NCBI RefSeq assembly: GCF_009914755.1
Contig: NC_060934.1
DNA: 64,000 nucleotides
Strand: one strand, 5' to 3'
Origin: the human T2T-CHM13v2.0 reference genome, Homo sapiens
This document shows, piece after piece, positions 51,135-64,000 of the stretch. Under the pieces are notes generated by a model. That model saw only the letters and a list, made by a program, of their open reading frames with translations. It was not told where the DNA came from and did no database searches. A program made the position numbers and the translations under genes. The stretch's first letter is position 1. The number at the start of each line of letters is the position of its first letter.

Positions 51135-52524
51135 CATTTTATTTCCACTATAGCTTGCAAATACAGTAAGTATGGAAACTACCTCTCACCTTTCTTTGGT
51201 TTAACTCTATTTTTATATTTTTCAACTTCTGTAGTCTAGAAACCTTGTGAAAGGAAGTTCTGTTCACCCTCACATTGTGTTAGGAGGCTGCTGACATGTG
51301 ATCACTAAATCTTACTGCTAACAAAATTTAATGGTGGAGCAACACATTCTTGTCTTTTGTTATAAATTTCCTCTCAATGAAACTTTTCAATATGGTCTCA
51401 AGAACCATACATGACTGTTGAATTTTGCTGCCTTTTGAACTTTGGAATACTGTTTACATGAGACTGTCATCATTTTCATTATTAATATTAGTGATGTCAT
51501 TCTGATCAGGTAAGCAGACTTCCAGGTCCAAAATGACCCCTTCTGGGTAGGTCCATGAGGAAAGTACCAACCATTGCCACTTTTCCCATCATCTTTAGTT
51601 CTGTGTTTGTTCCACATCAGACATCTCAGGAGAGAGGCCACACGAGGAGATGAGAACTGGACGGAATTGATAATTCCTAACTCATCCCCCTATCCCTGTG
51701 AAAGCAACTAACGTAGGTTATTTCTAATAAATTCCATGAGTGTTTGTTTTAATGTTACCAGTTATAACCAAGATGGCATGACAATGTCAACCTCAAAATT
51801 AAACCAGACCTCTCATCTCTCTGCAGCCTCTTTGATCTTTTTTAAAGCACAAATTGATCATCCTCCCAATGGTCCCCAGGAAAAATCCATATTCCTTAAT
51901 GAGCTTTGTGAGGTCCTTTATGTTCTAGTTGTCACCTTGGACTCCAGGCCTCATCTCTCACCATGCTCCTTCTGGAACTCTACATTTTGGCCTTGTTCCC
52001 CAAAAGGGCCTTGATCTCTGATGCGGCTGGATGTTGCCATGAATGGTTCCTCTTCCCGGGATGTTCTTTTCCTTATCTTCCTGTCTGTTCAACTCCTACT
52101 GATTCTTAAATATCTGAGTAGACAGCACTTCTTCCAGGAAATCTTTCCTCACCTCCATTACCCATACCCCCTAAGACTTGATAAGGGGCTTCCCGGCAAT
52201 AATCCTACTGCACCCAGAAATGTTCCCACCTCAACCCTTGACTCTCCATATCATAATTGCTGGTTCATTTCTCTGTATATCCCATTTCTAAACTCCTTAA
52301 GGGGTTTACCTATTGCCTACATGCCTGGCATGTAGTAGAAGAGCACATAAATATTTTTTGAATGACTTTCCCAGTAATGGAAACAATGAATGGATCCACT
52401 AGGGTCAAGTATTTAAAATTAGGCCATGTCCAAACAATAACACCCTAAGAAAGAAAAGTATATTTGTGTTAGGTCTTAAAAAGTGGATAGAGAGGGCCAG
52501 GCGTGGTGGCTCATGCCTGTAATC

Positions 52525-53525
<1,001 letters not shown>

Positions 53526-54601
53526 TTTGTTATGGCTTCTGGGCAGTATTCAGAGAAGAGAATTGTAGGAGACAAGACTAGGATGGTCCTTGAGTAAGCA
53601 TTCATGTCTTCCACAAACATGTGCTGAGCACCTACCATATGTGAGGCACTCCGCTAGGCATTGGAGACACAGAAGTGAGCAAAAAAAAGACCCAGTTCCT
53701 GGTCTCCGAAGTCCATGGCAGCTGGATGATGAGGACTTCCTCATGGACAAGCAGAGGCCCCCAAAAGTGGCTTCAGCCAAGTTTTGGGTGTAAATCAACC
53801 GTTTTGATACTTGTATGGAGAGCAAGTTCTGATTATTTCCCTATCTAATCGTCATTCAAGTTTGCAGAACTTCACAGCACCCAGATTCTGAAGGCTGGGA
53901 GTTGTTCTGGAAATGCCAAGGACCCCTACAGAGGAGCGCAGACTTTTGGACCTAATGCACTCCAACTGGCACCAGGGTTTGTCTGGCCTCGGTGAGATCT
54001 ACCAGCGGTCATCAAGGACTTTGAGAACTCTAGGTGAAACTCAGAAGCTGAGTTCACTTCCCACAGACAGGTATCTCTAATAAAAGAAAAAGAAATCAAT
54101 AGCTGACTAATGATGAGGCAAGTTCTTGTACCCTACTTCCATTACAACACACAGAGGGAGAGTCTGCCAGTTCATGGGATATTTAGAAACATAGTTCAAT
54201 GTAATACAGTCTGATTCTAGGCTCTGGAAGAGATTTAAAAACCAGCTTTCTCAAAACAAACATTTCTCTAAAATTAAGGGACTCCGAAAACCCACCTTGA
54301 ACCCAACTCTATCATTCCCCCAGAATTAAAATTGAAGGAGCAAACAAGGACAGAGCTGATTGCCTGAAGGAAAGCAGATATTTGGGCTTCATCTACACAT
54401 GTATGTATAACAGATAATGGCTGGTGACTTCATTCTTTACTTTTGTGACCTTCAATGAGTCATACGTCTTGAAGACCTGAGAGCTGTCTGGTGGAAATGA
54501 AGTCATGGTTTCAAAAAGAGATCCACAGATTTGTATGCCTATGAATCCTTACTTGTGACCCTGAAACTGGATGTAAGTTCAATCAAAATATTCCAGTTGT
54601 T

Positions 54602-55031
<430 letters not shown>

Positions 55032-55245
55032 TCAGCCTTGCTAGAGGCTTAGTCTAATTAAATCCCCTAGAGCATTTAAACAGGAGCCAGTGCATTGGAG
55101 CACAGTGTATATTGACTGATGCACGGAGTTTCCTCATTGTCTTAGGAAAGGGTATGCTCGAACCTGGTGCTGTGTGCTAAAGAATAGTAACAGTGAGTGC
55201 AACAGGTGCTGCTGTCTCTGAATTCCAGGCCTGGCTTGGGTTCCT

Positions 55246-55650
55246 GTATTGGTTAGCTACTGCTGCATAACAAACAATCACCAATTCAGTGGCTTAAAGC
55301 ACTGAATTAAAGCATTTATCCATGCTCAAAAATCTGAGTTTGCTGGGTGGTTCTTCTGGTCTTGGCTGGATTTACTCATGCCTCTGTGGTTACAGTGGGT
55401 TGAGTAGGCAGTGCCACTAATCTTGGCTGGGTCCTTTACATACTTGGGGGACAGCTGGCTTTGAGTTGTTCAAAGATGTTGCTGTTACCACACTTAATGA
55501 CCAAATCAAGTCATACCATGTCTAGCTCAGATTCAAGAGGTGGAGAAATAAACTCCACTTCTTGATGGAAGGAGCTGCAAGATCACATTGCAAAGGGTGT
55601 GTGTACAGGAGGAAGGGATGAAGAACTCTGACCACCTTCCCAGTCCATCA
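55246..55650. mobile_element. MLT1-type MaLR LTR
   Basis: tgtattggttagctactgctgcataacaaac...cagtggcttaaa...ctccacttcttgatggaaggagctgcaagatcacattgcaaaggg. Confidence 0.75.
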
Positions 55651-56547
55651 CCAAGTCTAGCCTGTTTCTCCATCCTGGGGATGCCTGGAAGTAGGGAGGA
55701 AACAGGTCAAGGGCCAAGAGGGTTTTCACATTTTCTCTTTTGACTCATTCTGTGTATCCCTCTTGTTCTACATGGTTGACATCCAGTGAAGCTTGCTGAT
55801 TACTAGCTCAACACAACTGAATATTCAACAACTCTGTACAGCCTGAATTCAAATCTTACCTCATCACTCGTTAGTCGTGTGACTTTTTAGGCAATTTACT
55901 TATCTCTCTGTGCCTCAGTTCCCACATTTATAAAGAGAGGCTTATGGGATTGTTTTAAAACTTATTAGGTAATACACGTAAGGTGCTTGGAATTCTGACT
56001 GTACTTGGTAAGGCTTCGTAACAGTTGGCAGCTATTCTTTATGATTCCAGGAGTCCTTTCCATTTTCTTAAGAGGAAGGCCCTTAGGCCTGCACCCTTGT
56101 GTTTTGGTTATTTAAGATTGAGAACTTTGACACCGAGGCATATTTAACTTGGCAAGGGGAGGCACTCATGGTGTTTGCTTTGTGAAGGCTTATCTGCCTT
56201 GCTGTGTGAACTGGCTGGGCTGTTCACAGATGCAGAGGTCTCTGGTTATATCATGATGGCTTTACAGGGTCCAAGAATTATCTGCAGGTGTGCAACCTTC
56301 AGAGGACCTGGGGAAACTCAACAGACATGACATGGGCCTCTGGGGGCTCCTGAACCCAACTATTGAGATTACAGTGGCATAATGCAATCATTGCTATTGT
56401 TTTAAAGTGTTGTCTTTTGGATTGGTTCATTGCATAGCAATATATAACTGGAATAGGCAGTTAATGGGAGGATTGTGGTCAGAAGCTACTGTGAGGGCTG
56501 TTGAATTTTTCTCCAAAGCTCAGATGCCCAGTATTCCTAGTCTTCGA

Positions 56548-56562
56548 AAGAGAGAGAGGAAG

Positions 56563-56592
<30 letters not shown>
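56548..56592. repeat. (GA)n microsatellite upstream of PNLIPRP1
   Basis: Interrupted GA repeat. Confidence 0.9.
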
Positions 56593-56596
<4 letters not shown>

Positions 56597-56854
56597 AGTT
56601 TTCTTAATCAGAGATTTCTCTTTACTTTCAACTAATTGCAGGTATTTTCATCTATTCTAAATGAGAAATACTATCCTCTATCATTAGGGTTTGCTGCTGT
56701 GTCCCTATTGAGACTTGTAAACTATTTGGTGATGAAATAGAAAACTGAAAAGTGAGGGCCCATTCAGCTCACAAGTACATGCATAGTTACATAGGTACAA
56801 GGTTGGTGACTTCACTCCCTGCTTTAACCAAGCATTCTGTCATATTTCCAGACT

Positions 56855-56995
56855 TGTGGGAAGACTTGACAGCTATTATTAATCTTGTTTTGTGTATTTG
56901 GGCAGATTAAAGTATTAAGTGCGCACAGCATGGGCTATAATCACCTGCTGTTTTCTTGAAGTAGTGTCCAAATGATAAGGCTGGAATATATATTT
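56855..56995 (+). promoter_or_regulatory. PNLIPRP1: PNLIPRP1 proximal promoter: TGTGGGAA (RBPJ/L-type, 56855), CACCTG E-box + TC-like box (56942-58), TGATAAG (56973), TATA-like TATATATT (56987)
   Basis: Motif matches just upstream of exon 1; function inferred from acinar-gene promoter architecture. Confidence 0.6.
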
Positions 56996-57011
56996 TTAGA
57001 AAGGGCTGGAC

Positions 57012-57052
57012 ACTCGATCCGGTGGGAGGGAACATCTGGAACATTAGACAGG
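57012..57052 (+). other. PNLIPRP1: PNLIPRP1 exon 1 (5'UTR; start approximate)
   Basis: ...acattagacagg followed by donor gtaagc at 57053; same architecture as PNLIP exon 1. Confidence 0.7.
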
Positions 57053-57186
57053 GTAAGCCACCTTTGCAACTCCTTTCCCCCTGCTGTGACGTACAGGTGA
57101 GGTAAACAGTACTGAAGTCCAGGGCGTCGGTGCTCACTGCTCTGGCAATGCCCGGTGAGACTGAATTATGTTTAAATTTATTGTAG

Positions 57187-64000
<6,814 letters not shown>

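Overview
Human (primate) genomic DNA from the pancreatic lipase cluster, recognised as 10q25.3. All genes are on the + strand. (1) PNLIP is complete: non-coding exon 1 plus 12 coding exons, 12124-33827. These sum to 1398 nt (465 aa + stop), with triad Ser169/Asp193/His280 (precursor numbering). (2) A degraded, unprocessed tandem duplicate of PNLIP (probably PNLIPP1, ~43196-51330) keeps its TATA/GATA promoter and exons 1, 2, 3 and 5. It has nonsense codons, half of exon 4 is deleted, and exons 6-12 are lost through a deletion-inversion-deletion plus a second large deletion. (3) The 5' half of PNLIPRP1 (exons 1-7) is cut off by the window end and shows the inactivating DPVEA motif. The rest is Alu, L1, L2/MIR, MaLR/ERV, Tigger/MER/MADE1 elements, a 3'-truncated U6 retrocopy and microsatellites. 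Almost all ORFs in the supplied track are repeat-derived or exon read-through artefacts. I see no evidence of a new biological system. The most informative signals come from aligning the two duplicated copies by eye: empty/filled insertion sites that date the duplication, mosaic identity suggesting gene conversion, an inverted intron-6 fragment, a templated 105-bp insertion, and pseudogene residues that look more ancestral than functional human PNLIP. Repeat subfamily names are from recalled consensus sequences, and repeat boundaries and percent identities are approximate.
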